A DNA stretch of 64,000 nucleotides, from the NCBI GenBank assembly GCA_900314875.1, contig OMWX01000003.1:184729-248728 (forward strand). The letters are read 5' to 3'. The notes beneath the pieces are model-generated. The model was not told the DNA's origin. It was given only the letters and a program-made list of their open reading frames with translations, and did no database searches. Below are positions 1 to 10,291 of this stretch, piece by piece. This DNA is from an uncultured Actinomycetes bacterium (GTDB lineage Bacteria; Actinomycetota; Actinomycetes; Actinomycetales; Bifidobacteriaceae). The first letter of the stretch is position 1, and every line of letters begins with the position of its first letter. Made by a program: the position numbers and the translations under genes.

Positions 1-1895
1 ATGCAAGTCTGAAGGAAAAGCTTATTTCGGTCGTATCCGATTTGAATGTCGCAAGCAACAAGGGTTTGTCCGAAAGATTTGACTCGACAATCGGAGCCGG
101 AACGGTTCTTATGCCGTTCGGCGGACGCAGACAGCTTTCGCCCGCGCAGGCAATGGTTGCAAAGTTCCCGGTTGAAACCGAGACAAGAACCGCTTCCGCG
201 ATGGCTTGGGGATTTAATCCTTATATCATGGAGAAAAACCAGTTTGCCGGAGCTTATCTGTCGGTAATCGAGTCGATTTCGAAGCTGATTGCGGCAGGTT
301 TCTCGCGCAAAAATGCTTACTTGAGCTTCCAAGAGTATTTCGAAAAGCTTCGCGATGTTCCGACACGATGGGGAAAGCCTGTTGCAGCGGTTCTGGGAGC
401 TTTGGAAGCGCAGATTGACTGCGAAGCCGGCGCTATCGGCGGAAAAGATTCCATGAGCGGAAGCTTTGAAGATTTGGATGTTCCGCCCACTCTCATCAGC
501 TTTGCCGTTTCAACCGGCTGCGTTGAAAATACGGTTTCCACAGAATTCAAGAAAGCTTCAAACCGCATTGTTCGCATTGCTCCCAAGTACAGGAGCAACG
601 GACTTATGCCTGAAGCAGAATCGCAGAAAAAAGTTTTCGATATTGTCGAAAAGCTCGCAAAAGACGGCTGTGTTGCAGCAGCAGCAACGCCGGGATACGG
701 ATGCGCAGCTTATTCGATATTCTCTATGTGCATAGGAAACAAGCTGGGCGCAAAGCTTGAAAACATTTGCGAAGAGAAGCTTTTTGTTCCGGCATACGGA
801 AGCTTTATTCTTGAAATTTCCGACAATGCCGACATTGAAGCACAAATTAAAGAAACTGCGGACACAGACGGCGAAAGCTTTGAATTTGAAGTTATCGGAA
901 CCGTTACAGACGAGTACGAATTGTCTGTCAAAACTGAAAACGGCGAAGAGAAAATCGATCTGACTGCGATTCAGGAAGCTTGGGAAAGCTCAATTGAGGA
1001 TGTATTCCCCTACCGCAAGGCAGGCGAGAAAGTCGAAGCGATTTCGTATCCCAAACAGGGAAGACGCAAATGCGCTTCTCTGCTTACAGGCGCAAAACCG
1101 CGCGTTGTCATCCCTGTTTTCCCGGGAAACAACTGCGAATTCGACACGGCTCGCGCTTTTGCTCTCGCCGGAGCCGAAACAGATACGTTCGTTATCAATA
1201 ATCTGACTGCGGAAACTGTTGCTCAGAGCGTTAATACTCTTGCAAAGAAGATTAACGAAAGTCAGATAGTAATGATTCCGGGAGGTTTCTCGGGCGGAGA
1301 CGAGCCTGACGGTTCGGCTAAGTTTATCGCAGCTTTCTTCCGCGCTCCGCAAATCACGGAAGCCGTGCGAGATCTTATCAATAACCGCGACGGACTTATG
1401 TTGGGAATCTGCAACGGTTTCCAAGCTCTTATCAAGCTGGGTCTGGTTCCGTTCGGCGATATCATTCCGGCAGACGAAAACAGTCCTACTCTGACTTTCA
1501 ATACGATAGGACGACACCAGAGCCGTCTGATAAACACCAGGATTTCAAGCACAAAGTCTGCCTGGCTTGCCAAAACGCAGGTCGGAGACATTCATACTGT
1601 TGCGATTTCTCACGGAGAGGGACGTTTTGTCGCAAATGACGAGACGCTCAAATCTTTGATTGCAAACGGTCAGGTTGCTGCTCAGTATACGGACGAATTC
1701 GGCGTTCCCTCCATGGATTGGAACGTGAACCCGAACGGTTCAGCTGCCGCCATTGAGGCTATTACAAGTCCCGACGGGCGAATTTTAGGCAAGATGGGAC
1801 ATTCGGAACGCTCCGGACAGAATCTGTACAGGAACGTGCCCGGAAATATGCATCAGCCGATATTTGAAGCCGGAGTCGAGTATTTCACGGCTTAA
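1..1895 (+). CDS. purL: Phosphoribosylformylglycinamidine (FGAM) synthase, single-chain large form, C-terminal part (5' end outside the window)
   Basis: The reading frame is open to the window edge. The translation ends with a class-I glutamine amidotransferase region (VIPVFPGNNCEFDTARAF, MIPGGFSGGDEP, LGICNGFQALIKLG, SHGEGRF) after AIR-synthase-like repeats. It heads a purF-purM-purD cluster. Confidence 0.9.
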   Translation, partial: ASLKEKLISVVSDLNVASNKGLSERFDSTIGAGTVLMPFGGRRQLSPAQAMVAKFPVETETRTASAMAWGFNPYIMEKNQFAGAYLSVIESISKLIAAGFSRKNAYLSFQEYFEKLRDVPTRWGKPVAAVLGALEAQIDCEAGAIGGKDSMSGSFEDLDVPPTLISFAVSTGCVENTVSTEFKKASNRIVRIAPKYRSNGLMPEAESQKKVFDIVEKLAKDGCVAAAATPGYGCAAYSIFSMCIGNKLGAKLENICEEKLFVPAYGSFILEISDNADIEAQIKETADTDGESFEFEVIGTVTDEYELSVKTENGEEKIDLTAIQEAWESSIEDVFPYRKAGEKVEAISYPKQGRRKCASLLTGAKPRVVIPVFPGNNCEFDTARAFALAGAETDTFVINNLTAETVAQSVNTLAKKINESQIVMIPGGFSGGDEPDGSAKFIAAFFRAPQITEAVRDLINNRDGLMLGICNGFQALIKLGLVPFGDIIPADENSPTLTFNTIGRHQSRLINTRISSTKSAWLAKTQVGDIHTVAISHGEGRFVANDETLKSLIANGQVAAQYTDEFGVPSMDWNVNPNGSAAAIEAITSPDGRILGKMGHSERSGQNLYRNVPGNMHQPIFEAGVEYFTA

Positions 1896-2026
1896 ACGCC
1901 CTGTTTTACATAATCCTTTGCAAACGTTAAAAACAAGAACAAATCTCGAAATGCAGTATGCGTTTTGTATGCCTCGATTGGTATTTTTTAACGTATACGA
2001 ATTGCGCGTGCGACAGGAGCTGAATC

Positions 2027-3604
2027 ATGTCTTGCGAACTTGAAGGCATTCACGAAGAGTGCGGCGTTTTCGGCGTCTGGGGTCATCCGGATGCCTCGCG
2101 TATAACATATTTCGGTCTTCACGCTTTGCAGCACAGAGGACAGGAAGGCGCGGGAATCGTCGCGAATAACGGCGGTTCGCTTAAGGGATACCGCGATCTG
2201 GGTCTGGTAACGCAGGTTTTTTCAGACGAAAAGCAGTTCGAACGCCTTAAGGGTTCGAATGCGATAGGTCATGTCAGATATGCAACGTCCGGTTCGGGTT
2301 CGCTGGACAACATTCAGCCTTTTATTTTCAGATTCAAGGACGGAGACACGGCTCTTTGCCATAACGGAAATCTGACCAACTGCCCGTCTCTTAAAGCTGC
2401 TTTGGAAAAAGAAGGCGCGATTTTCAGATCAAATTCGGATACGGAAGTTCTTATGCATCTGATTCGCAGGTCTTCCAAGCCGACTTTTATCGAAAAGCTG
2501 AAAGAAACGCTTAATCTGGTTCACGGCGGGTTCGCATACCTGCTTATGACCGAGAATGCGATGATAGGAGCTTTGGATCCCAACGGTTTCAGACCTTTGT
2601 CGCTGGGACGCATGCAGAACGGAGCTTATGTGCTTGCTTCGGAAACGTGCGCGCTGGATGTCGTCAACGCCGAATTTGTGCGAGATATCGAACCTGGAGA
2701 ACTGATTATCATCGATGATGACGGATACAAGATTGAGAAATACGCGGAAAATACGCAAAAAGCAATCTGTTCGATGGAGTTTATTTATTTTGCAAGACCT
2801 GATTCCGATATTTACGGCGTGAATGTGCATGCGACGCGCAAACGCGCGGGAGCCAGGCTTGCAAAAGAACATCCGGTCGAGGCGGATATTGTTATTGCAG
2901 TTCCGAATTCTTCGCTTTCGGCAGCTTCAGGGTATTCCGAAGCTTCGGGACTTCCCAACGAAATGGGTCTGGTTAAGAATCAGTATGTGGCCAGAACGTT
3001 TATTCAGCCGACTCAGGAATTGCGCGAACAGGGCGTGAAGATGAAGCTTTCGGCCGTGCGCAGCGTCGTGAAAGGCAAGCGCGTCGTCGTTATCGACGAT
3101 TCGATTGTCAGGGGAACGACATCGCGCAGAATCGTAAAACAGCTTCGCGAAGCCGGAGCTGCGGAAGTTCACATGAGAATAGCTTCTCCCCCGCTGAAAT
3201 ACCCGTGCTATTACGGAATCGATATTTCGCGCACTTCAGAGCTTATTGCTTCCAGAATGTCCGTTGAAGAAATTCGCGATTTTATCGGCGCAGACACGCT
3301 GGGATACTTGTCGATTGAAGGTCTTGTGGAGACAATCGGACTTAATGCCGACGCTCCTTACGGCGGATTGTGTGTTGCTTATTTCAACGGAGATTACCCG
3401 ACTTCTCTGGGCGATTACGAGCGCGAATTCCTGGAAACCGTTTCCGAGGAAGACAGGCGCAGAATCCCGGCTTTCGCGCAAAAACACAGCAATTACAAGG
3501 GCAACGAGTTTGCTCAATTTCTAAAGCAGTGCAATTGCGAGAACGGCTGCAGCGAAGACTGCAAATGCGATGAAGACTGCTGCGACGTCGGCTGCTGCGG
3601 CTGA
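2027..3604 (+). CDS. purF: Amidophosphoribosyltransferase with a Cys-rich C-terminal tail
   Basis: It has an N-terminal Ntn-type catalytic Cys context ([19 protein letters not shown]), a PRPP-binding motif ([14 protein letters not shown]) and lies in the pur cluster. An AGGAG lies upstream of the ATG. Confidence 0.93.
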   Translation: MSCELEGIHEECGVFGVWGHPDASRITYFGLHALQHRGQEGAGIVANNGGSLKGYRDLGLVTQVFSDEKQFERLKGSNAIGHVRYATSGSGSLDNIQPFIFRFKDGDTALCHNGNLTNCPSLKAALEKEGAIFRSNSDTEVLMHLIRRSSKPTFIEKLKETLNLVHGGFAYLLMTENAMIGALDPNGFRPLSLGRMQNGAYVLASETCALDVVNAEFVRDIEPGELIIIDDDGYKIEKYAENTQKAICSMEFIYFARPDSDIYGVNVHATRKRAGARLAKEHPVEADIVIAVPNSSLSAASGYSEASGLPNEMGLVKNQYVARTFIQPTQELREQGVKMKLSAVRSVVKGKRVVVIDDSIVRGTTSRRIVKQLREAGAAEVHMRIASPPLKYPCYYGIDISRTSELIASRMSVEEIRDFIGADTLGYLSIEGLVETIGLNADAPYGGLCVAYFNGDYPTSLGDYEREFLETVSEEDRRRIPAFAQKHSNYKGNEFAQFLKQCNCENGCSEDCKCDEDCCDVGCCG

Positions 3605-3669
3605 GAAGACAGCAAATAACAGCGACAAACAAATAACCTGAACAAAACAAACAACCGAAAGGAAAAAAT

Positions 3670-4704
3670 ATGCCGGCAGCATACGAAAACGCTGGAGTAA
3701 GCGTGGAAGCTGGATATGAGGTCGTCAGACGAATCAAATCTCATGTTGCCAGAACCGCGAGAAAAGGAGCCGGCGGAATCGGAGGATTCGGCGGAACTTT
3801 CGATTTAAGCTGTCTTAATTATTCTCAGCCGGTTCTGATTTCCGGAACTGACGGCGTGGGCACGAAACTTCTTGTAGCTCAGGCTGCAGGAAAACATGAC
3901 ACGGTCGGAATCGACTGCGTTGCAATGTGCGCAAACGATATAGCCGCGCAGGGAGCTCAGCCTCTTTTCTTCCTTGACTACATCGCCTGCGGAAAAAATA
4001 ATCCTGAACTGCTGGAAAAGGTTGTTTCCGGAGTTGCGGACGGCTGCGTTCAGGCAGAAGCTGCGCTTGTGGGCGGAGAAACCGCAGAAATGCCGGGAAT
4101 GTATGACGAAAACGAATACGATTTGGCAGGATTTTGCGTCGGAGTTGCCGAAAAATCCAAGATTGTGGACGGTTCTTCAATTTGCGAGGGCGATGTCCTT
4201 ATCGGTCTTGCCTCGTCAGGCGTTCATTCCAACGGTTTCTCGCTTGTCAGAAAAGCCTTGTTCGAGCAGGCAGGCTATTCGACCGACACCGTTCTTGACG
4301 GATTTGACGGAAAAACTTTGGGAGAAGTTCTGCTTACTCCGACCAGGATTTATGTAAAAACTCTTATGCCGCTGTTCGAAACAGGCAATATCAAGGGCGT
4401 TGCTCACATTACAGGCGGAGGATTCATAGAGAATATTCCAAGAATGCTTCCCGACGGTCTTGCTGCGCAAATCGAAAATGATTCATGGCCGATTCTGCCT
4501 GTTTTCGATGTTATCGAGAAGGCCGGCTGTGTTGAGCATGCCGAAATGTTCAATATTTTCAACATGGGTATCGGCATGGTTCTTGCTGTTGCGCAAGACA
4601 AGGCCAACGAGATTCTTTCGCTGCTCGAAAACAGCGGAGAAACCGGATACGTTATAGGAAACGTTGTAAAACAAAACGGACAGGAACGCGTGAAAATCGG
4701 CTGA
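3670..4704 (+). CDS. purM: Phosphoribosylformylglycinamidine cyclo-ligase (AIR synthetase)
   Basis: It starts [19 protein letters not shown] and contains [14 protein letters not shown] and DYIA motifs typical of PurM. It lies in the pur cluster. Confidence 0.93.
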   Translation: MPAAYENAGVSVEAGYEVVRRIKSHVARTARKGAGGIGGFGGTFDLSCLNYSQPVLISGTDGVGTKLLVAQAAGKHDTVGIDCVAMCANDIAAQGAQPLFFLDYIACGKNNPELLEKVVSGVADGCVQAEAALVGGETAEMPGMYDENEYDLAGFCVGVAEKSKIVDGSSICEGDVLIGLASSGVHSNGFSLVRKALFEQAGYSTDTVLDGFDGKTLGEVLLTPTRIYVKTLMPLFETGNIKGVAHITGGGFIENIPRMLPDGLAAQIENDSWPILPVFDVIEKAGCVEHAEMFNIFNMGIGMVLAVAQDKANEILSLLENSGETGYVIGNVVKQNGQERVKIG

Positions 4705-4760
4705 TTCAGCCGGTTTCCGACTTAAAACTAAAGGCTCAAACGAGCTTAAGGAGAGAATAA

Positions 4761-6125
4761 ATGGCATTGAAAGTTATCGTCATCGGGTCGGGCGCGCGCG
4801 AACATGCGATTGCTCATACGCTGCTTAAAGGCGAAAGCGTCGAGTCGGTTTACTGTATTCCGGGAAATCCGGGAATGGAGAAAGACGGAATTATCTGCGT
4901 TAATCTGTCGACTTCCAACCATGCTGCTCTGGTCGATTTTGCAACAGAGAAGAAAATCGACTGGGTATTTGTAGGACCGGAAAATCCGCTGATCGACGGA
5001 ATTGTCGATGAGTTCGAATCACACGGAATCAAGGCTTTCGGACCGGGAAAGCAGGCTGCGCAAATCGAAGGTTCGAAGAATTTCGCAAAAGAACTTATGA
5101 AACGCCACAATATTCCCACAGCGGAATACAGGACGTTCAGCGACTACGAAAGCGCGGCCGACTATGTTCATTCGCACGGAGCGCCCATAGTTGTCAAGGC
5201 TGACGGTCTGGCTGCGGGCAAAGGCGTGACGGTTGCTCTCGATGAGGAAACTGCAATCGCGGCTTTGAATGATATTTTCGTCGACAGACGTTTCGGAGAT
5301 GCGGGAGCTTGCGTTGTTATCGAGGATTTCCTTGAGGGTCAGGAGTTCTCCCTGATGAGTTTCGTGCGCGGGAATGAGTTTTGGACAATGCCGATTTCGC
5401 AGGATCACAAGCGCGCTTACGACGGCGACAAGGGGCCGAATACGGGCGGAATGGGCGCATACAGTCCCGTGCCGCAGATAAGCGATGAAACGGTTGCAAA
5501 AGCCGTCGAAACAATCGTTGCTCCTGTTACGCAGGGCATGGCTGACGAGGGAATGCCTTTTAACGGAGTCCTGTATGCAGGGCTTATCGCAACGGCAGAC
5601 GGTCCGAAAGTTATCGAGTTTAACGCGCGTTTCGGCGATCCTGAAACAGAGGTCGTGCTGCCTAAGCTCAAGTCTGATTTGGGCAAAGCGATTAATGCGA
5701 TTTTGTCCGGCGAAGAACCAGAATTTGAGTGGGATACTGAGAAAACGACGCTCGGAGTGGTTCTTGCTGCCGAAGGTTATCCGGGCAAGCCGAATAAAGG
5801 CTTTGCGCTGCATGATATTGATCTCTCATCCGATCCGAATGCTCATATTTATGCTGCCGGAGTCGCAAGGCGCGGTCATGATGCTGATGAGGAAGCCGGC
5901 ATTGCAGGTTCTGCTGCAGGCTCTGCTGCCAATGCAGACTCCGCTGCCGATTCAAACTGCAATCTTGCAGCTTCCGGCGGGCGCGTTCTGCTTGTCGAAA
6001 CAACAGCAGACGATATCAAGCAGGCTCAGGAGAAGCTCTATGCGATTATCGAAAATGCCGATACTTCAGGGCTTTTCTATCGCAAAGATATCGGCTCGAA
6101 AGCTCTTGCAATGAGCAAAAAGTAG
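4761..6125 (+). CDS. purD: Phosphoribosylamine-glycine ligase
   Basis: It starts KVIVIGSGAREHAIA and has ATP-grasp motifs (VVKADGLAAGKGV, VIEFNARFGDPE). A low-complexity insertion lies near the C-terminus. Confidence 0.93.
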   Translation: MALKVIVIGSGAREHAIAHTLLKGESVESVYCIPGNPGMEKDGIICVNLSTSNHAALVDFATEKKIDWVFVGPENPLIDGIVDEFESHGIKAFGPGKQAAQIEGSKNFAKELMKRHNIPTAEYRTFSDYESAADYVHSHGAPIVVKADGLAAGKGVTVALDEETAIAALNDIFVDRRFGDAGACVVIEDFLEGQEFSLMSFVRGNEFWTMPISQDHKRAYDGDKGPNTGGMGAYSPVPQISDETVAKAVETIVAPVTQGMADEGMPFNGVLYAGLIATADGPKVIEFNARFGDPETEVVLPKLKSDLGKAINAILSGEEPEFEWDTEKTTLGVVLAAEGYPGKPNKGFALHDIDLSSDPNAHIYAAGVARRGHDADEEAGIAGSAAGSAANADSAADSNCNLAASGGRVLLVETTADDIKQAQEKLYAIIENADTSGLFYRKDIGSKALAMSKK

Positions 6126-6220
6126 GTTACGCTCGCAGAAAAATCAAGCGCAGGGCGAAACCTTTCAAAAGCGGCTTTTCCCAACGCTTTCAGGCTGAGA
6201 TTTCGGCATATCGGACAACT

Positions 6221-6277
6221 TTGCTCTGTCTGTTTTAAATTCTGAATCAGATTGAAACGGACAGAGCAATTTTGTTT
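6221..6277 (+). terminator. Candidate intrinsic terminator after purD
   Basis: Inverted repeat ttgctctgtc / gacagagcaa followed by ttttgtttt. The loop is long (about 29 nt), so confidence is only moderate. Confidence 0.4.
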
Positions 6278-6356
6278 TATGTCTGTCGGCCGCTGCAAGT
6301 TTCAAAGATGTAAAATTGTACAACTGTTAATTTAAAGAGAACAGGACAGAACAGCA

Positions 6357-8186
6357 ATGCAAAAACATTTATCATCCGGACTTCACATGAATAAATCGAA
6401 TGCAAAAAGAAAAGCAGTCAAAATCTGCCTCATAATTACGGCAGCAGTTTTGCTCGTTTATATATCAGTCGGAATCAAATTATATTTCGACTCAAAAAAA
6501 ATCAGGATGCATGAAGAAAAAGCACTGGCTGTTCTCTCGTCTGCCGACATTTCAAGCCCCGAAACGGCAATCAGTTCTCTGCCTGACAAACTTAAAAAAG
6601 CTCAAGAAGAATCACTCGAAGCCGATAATATTGCAAACAGTTTCATATGGAAAATTGCCGGATGCCTGCCTTTTATCGGCGGCGATATCAAATCTGCTCA
6701 GAGCATGACCGAAGCAGTTGACAGAGTTTTAAACGATGTTATCCCCGATTTCTCTGCCGGCGGAACAGAAATAATGTCGATTGATCTCAACAACGAACAG
6801 AAAAAAGCAGATACTGTCTTAATTGACAGCGCTGCATCGAAAATAGTCAGCGCAGACGATAAGCTCAAACAAATCGCATCTGATTTCGGAAAGGCTCCGG
6901 ACGGACATTTCTCATCTGTAAAAAACGCGCACGAAACATGCAGGCAGAAGCTTGAAGAGCTTTCTGAACGAGTAAACATTTATGCAAAAGCCGCAAAAGC
7001 ATTACCGATCATTTTGGGAAGCGATTCAAAACAGACATATGTTCTTGGCGCAATGACTCCTTCAGAAGCGCGCAGTTCGGGAGGATTGATAGGAGCAGTA
7101 GGTTCAATCAGTGCCGACAAAGGAGATTTTAAAACGGGAGATTTCATTTCCGACTTGGATTTGATAGAGGATAATCACGGAGACGCTGATGGGGACGAAC
7201 TGAAAATTTTCAACGAAACCGGTCCTTTTAAATATTCTTTGGATGTGCGGGACATTTCTGCTTATCCTGACACTTCGCGTGTTTCGCAAGCTTTAATTCA
7301 CGTTTGGAATAATTCGAAATACGGTCAGCAGTCTCAGGCAGACGGCGTTATTCTGACCGATCCTGTTTTTCTCCAAGAGCTGATATCAGTTACCGGCAAT
7401 ATAACCATGTCGGACGGAAGAATTCTTACCGAAACAAATACGGCGGAATTTCTTTTGAATAAGATTTATGCCGATATTCCGTCTCCCAAGCTTCAGGATG
7501 CCTATTTTCAGGAAGCAGCGAACAAAATAATGTCAAAATTCTTTGCGAATCTTTCTTCAAAAAATATCCAAAAAATACTCAAAATTTTTGTAAAAAGCGC
7601 GGAAGAACGCCATTTCAGCGCATATTCTGCAGATTCGACAGTAAAAGATTTTTTTGATTCTGCCAATATTGTTTCTTCTGTTCCCAATGATGAGGAAAAT
7701 CCGTCTGTCGGAATATACGTGAATCAGCAGCGGGCTTCAAAGCTTGACTGGTATTTAAAACGCAATACAAAGATTGAACGCACATCATGCAATCAAAACG
7801 GTTCTGCAACCTATCATGTTGTTTATTCTTTGCAGAACACCATTACGCCGGAAGAGGCAGCAAACGGACCGGCATATGTGATCGGCACTTCCAACGAAGT
7901 TTATCCGGTTGGCACGATTGCAGAGAAAATTCTAATTTATCCGCCTGCGGGAGGAAACATAAGCAATCTTAAGATAGACAAAAATGTCGAACTGGCTCCG
8001 CAGGAGACAAGCATGAACGGCAAATCCTTATGGCTGAGCGCAATTGCCATAAATCCTCAGGAAACCGTGCAGTACGAATTTGACGTTACCGTATCCGACA
8101 AAGCCAAGTCTGTTCTCACAACAGACCAGACCCCGGCAGGCCAGTTTAAACCTGAAACAGAATATGATACGTCAAAATGCAAATAA
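6357..8186 (+). CDS. Membrane-anchored DUF4012-like protein
   Basis: There is an N-terminal TM segment (ICLIITAAVLLVYISVGI). The central region QTYVLGAMTPSEARSSGGLIGAVGSIS resembles my recollection of the DUF4012 signature (E-x-R-x-x-GG-x-x-G-x-x-G). The assignment is from memory of the family only. Confidence 0.5.
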   Translation: MQKHLSSGLHMNKSNAKRKAVKICLIITAAVLLVYISVGIKLYFDSKKIRMHEEKALAVLSSADISSPETAISSLPDKLKKAQEESLEADNIANSFIWKIAGCLPFIGGDIKSAQSMTEAVDRVLNDVIPDFSAGGTEIMSIDLNNEQKKADTVLIDSAASKIVSADDKLKQIASDFGKAPDGHFSSVKNAHETCRQKLEELSERVNIYAKAAKALPIILGSDSKQTYVLGAMTPSEARSSGGLIGAVGSISADKGDFKTGDFISDLDLIEDNHGDADGDELKIFNETGPFKYSLDVRDISAYPDTSRVSQALIHVWNNSKYGQQSQADGVILTDPVFLQELISVTGNITMSDGRILTETNTAEFLLNKIYADIPSPKLQDAYFQEAANKIMSKFFANLSSKNIQKILKIFVKSAEERHFSAYSADSTVKDFFDSANIVSSVPNDEENPSVGIYVNQQRASKLDWYLKRNTKIERTSCNQNGSATYHVVYSLQNTITPEEAANGPAYVIGTSNEVYPVGTIAEKILIYPPAGGNISNLKIDKNVELAPQETSMNGKSLWLSAIAINPQETVQYEFDVTVSDKAKSVLTTDQTPAGQFKPETEYDTSKCK

Positions 8187-8412
8187 GGCTCGCGAGAGCA
8201 AAGATGTTTTTTGCCTAAGCTTGTCAAATGACGGCTGTCAGCATGACACGCATATGCAGCGTATGGCAGGCATTCAATTAAATGCACATATGACATGCCT
8301 GCGATTTAGCTGAAACATAGTCCGGTATTGCGTTGTGCCGTTCTGCGACACGCTAATTTTTTGCAACGCGAGTTCTGTATTAATGCTTGACGAGTAAACC
8401 GGCGTTCGAGAT

Positions 8413-8470
8413 AAAAAAAAAAAAAAAAAATCTGTCCCTTTTCGAATAAAACGAAAATGGACAGATTTTT
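8413..8470. terminator. Bidirectional terminator between convergent genes, with an A18 tract, a hairpin and a T5 tract
   Basis: A run of 18 A (8413-8430) is followed by stem tctgtcc (8431-8437) / ggacaga (8459-8465), with inner stem ttttcg/cgaaaa, and then ttttt. Confidence 0.6.
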
Positions 8471-8575
8471 GTTTACGCACCGGGGCTGAATCCGGTTTTG
8501 ATGCAGGGTTTCAATGGTAATGACAATCCGTCAGACCGATTCTGTCGCAGAAAAGCCGGGCGGATTGTCCTCCGA

Positions 8576-9541
8576 CTACTTTACGGAGTCGGAAATCTGG
8601 TCTGCGAGCTTGGTCATGTACTCGATAAGAGTCGAATACTCGCTCGGAATCTGTTCGGTTACTTCAACAATCGAAACATCGGCTTTCTTGGCGGCATCGG
8701 TGATCTGATCGGTGATGTCGTCAGCCTCCTGAGGATTGTAGATAAGAACTTTTATGGTGCCGTCAGAAGCAATCTTAACGAAGTCTTCCAAAGCCGCGGG
8801 GCTGGGTTCGCTCTCGTTCTGAGCAGCATTGAGGTACTCCTGAGGAGTAACATTTTCAAGCTTCAGGTCGGCTGCAAGGTATCCGGCTACGCCTTCTGTT
8901 GCAGCATACTTTACGCCCGAAGTCTTCTCAGAAATTTCTTTGAAGTTGTTTTCGAGCTTTTCTTCGCGCTCTTTCCAAGACTTGTTCTGATCTTCAAAGT
9001 ATGACGAGGAAGCATTATTTTTCTTCTTGTAAGCCTCTGTGATTGCTTCCGCTGCGGCATTGCGAGCCTTTGCGGAGAACCAGAGATGAGGATTGCTCGA
9101 GATTGCGTCTTCAGCTTCGTTTGTTTCTTTGCTCTCTTTGCGCGCTTCGGAAACATCTACGAGAATCGCGTCAGAAGCGCGGTCTGCCTTCTCTGCCCAA
9201 GTGTCGTATTTCTGACCGTTGATAATAACAATGTCAGCCTTGCCGATTTTAGCAATGTCGCCGGCAAGAGGCTCGGACTCGTGAGCGTCCACCGAAGTCG
9301 TATTGATAATCGAAGTTACGTCAACCTTGTCGCCGCCCAATTCCTTTGCAAGAGATCCCCACTGATTGACCGAAGCGACTACATTCAGCTTCTTCTCTGC
9401 CGCAGTCGAGCTTGTTGTTGCCGTGCTTTCGCTTTTCTTGTCAGAATCCTTCGAACCGCATGCGACCGCACTTGACAAAAGAACAGCGGATACTGCCGCT
9501 GCCGTTGCCGTGCGCAATACATTCTTAAAATTGATTTTCAT
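8576..9541 (-). CDS. Metal (zinc/manganese type) ABC transporter substrate-binding lipoprotein, ZnuA/TroA-like
   Basis: The internal ATG at 9541 gives MKINFKNVLRTATAAAVSAVLLSSAVACGS, a lipobox signal peptide. The NPHLW motif and overall cluster-9 SBP layout fit. No permease or ATPase gene is adjacent. Confidence 0.8.
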   Translation of the reverse strand: MKINFKNVLRTATAAAVSAVLLSSAVACGSKDSDKKSESTATTSSTAAEKKLNVVASVNQWGSLAKELGGDKVDVTSIINTTSVDAHESEPLAGDIAKIGKADIVIINGQKYDTWAEKADRASDAILVDVSEARKESKETNEAEDAISSNPHLWFSAKARNAAAEAITEAYKKKNNASSSYFEDQNKSWKEREEKLENNFKEISEKTSGVKYAATEGVAGYLAADLKLENVTPQEYLNAAQNESEPSPAALEDFVKIASDGTIKVLIYNPQEADDITDQITDAAKKADVSIVEVTEQIPSEYSTLIEYMTKLADQISDSVK

Positions 9542-9693
9542 TATTTTGTGTTCCTTATTATTGTCATTTTCCTCTGCCTTCTCGTTTTGCGCGTTGAACG
9601 TTTTGCCGCGCCGCGGTTCTTTGTTCTGTGCAACCGAGCAGACCTGGCGCAAGAAATTTTGTGATTTCCCCGCGACAAATTAAACAATAACAT

Positions 9694-9718
9694 GTTAATG
9701 CGACTTATTCTCATTAAC
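9694..9718. promoter_or_regulatory. Candidate Zur/Fur operator (inverted repeat gttaatg-N11-cattaac)
   Basis: A perfect 7-bp inverted repeat lies in an AT-rich context about 150 nt upstream of the ZnuA-like gene and directly downstream of the Fur-family gene. It resembles TAATGA...TCATTA-type Zur boxes. Confidence 0.35.
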
Positions 9719-9760
9719 AATAATTTCGGCGTGTCGCGAACTGGTTTGCGCTAGGGATTT

Positions 9761-10291
9761 TCACTCAGATTTGCAGGAGGAGCACAGTCCGAAGACTTCC
9801 AAAGTGTGCGATTCTACAGTGAATCCGTGTTTTTCTGCCGTCGAATGCATCCATTTGTCATCGGGCGGCTCGATTTCGACATTATTTCCGCATTTGCGGC
9901 ATACCAGATGGTGATGATGTTTGTGGCGATGTCTGCGGTTTAGAGAACCGTTATGTTCTCCGCCCGCTTGGGGGGAATCAGCACCGGAAGAATCACAGCC
10001 GCCGCGTTCTTCGTTTGCCGCCGCCCGACTGCATGCATTGTCCAAACTGCCGCTCAGGCTTTCATCTTCTTCCGCGCACAGGCGAAAAAGCTGTCGCCCG
10101 TCAAGACGAACTGTGTCCGCGCGTCCGGATTCTGCCAGAACGTTCAGCTGTCTGTACACGGTTGCAAGGCTTATGTAATCGCCGGAGTCTTCAAGTCTGC
10201 GCTGCAAATCGGGTGCGGAAACGAATCCGCTGCTGTTTTTCAGTGCGGATTCGATTAACGCTTTCTGCCTGGTATTGCGGGGCACTGCCAT
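9761..10291 (-). CDS. Fur-family metalloregulator (probably Zur) with an internal insertion of about 45 aa
   Basis: It has an N-terminal winged helix (NTRQKALIESAL..SAPDL..ISLATVYRQLN), an HHHH motif and two CxxC pairs (CRKCG, CSSC). It neighbours the ZnuA-like SBP gene. Confidence 0.8.
   Translation of the reverse strand: MAVPRNTRQKALIESALKNSSGFVSAPDLQRRLEDSGDYISLATVYRQLNVLAESGRADTVRLDGRQLFRLCAEEDESLSGSLDNACSRAAANEERGGCDSSGADSPQAGGEHNGSLNRRHRHKHHHHLVCRKCGNNVEIEPPDDKWMHSTAEKHGFTVESHTLEVFGLCSSCKSE

Noticed and set aside
1917-1931. PurR-box-like sequence tttgcaaacgttaaa upstream of purF
   Set aside because: Only the left half (GCAAAC) and the central AACGTT match my recollection of the E. coli PUR box. 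The right half does not, and I do not know the PurR type of this lineage. The evidence is too weak to call.
8266-8302. Hairpin gcaggcat-N21-atgcctgc in the DUF4012/ZnuA convergent spacer, as a possible sRNA or terminator
   Set aside because: It has no flanking U-tract or promoter-like sequence. The real terminator is the A18-hairpin-T5 element at 8413-8470.
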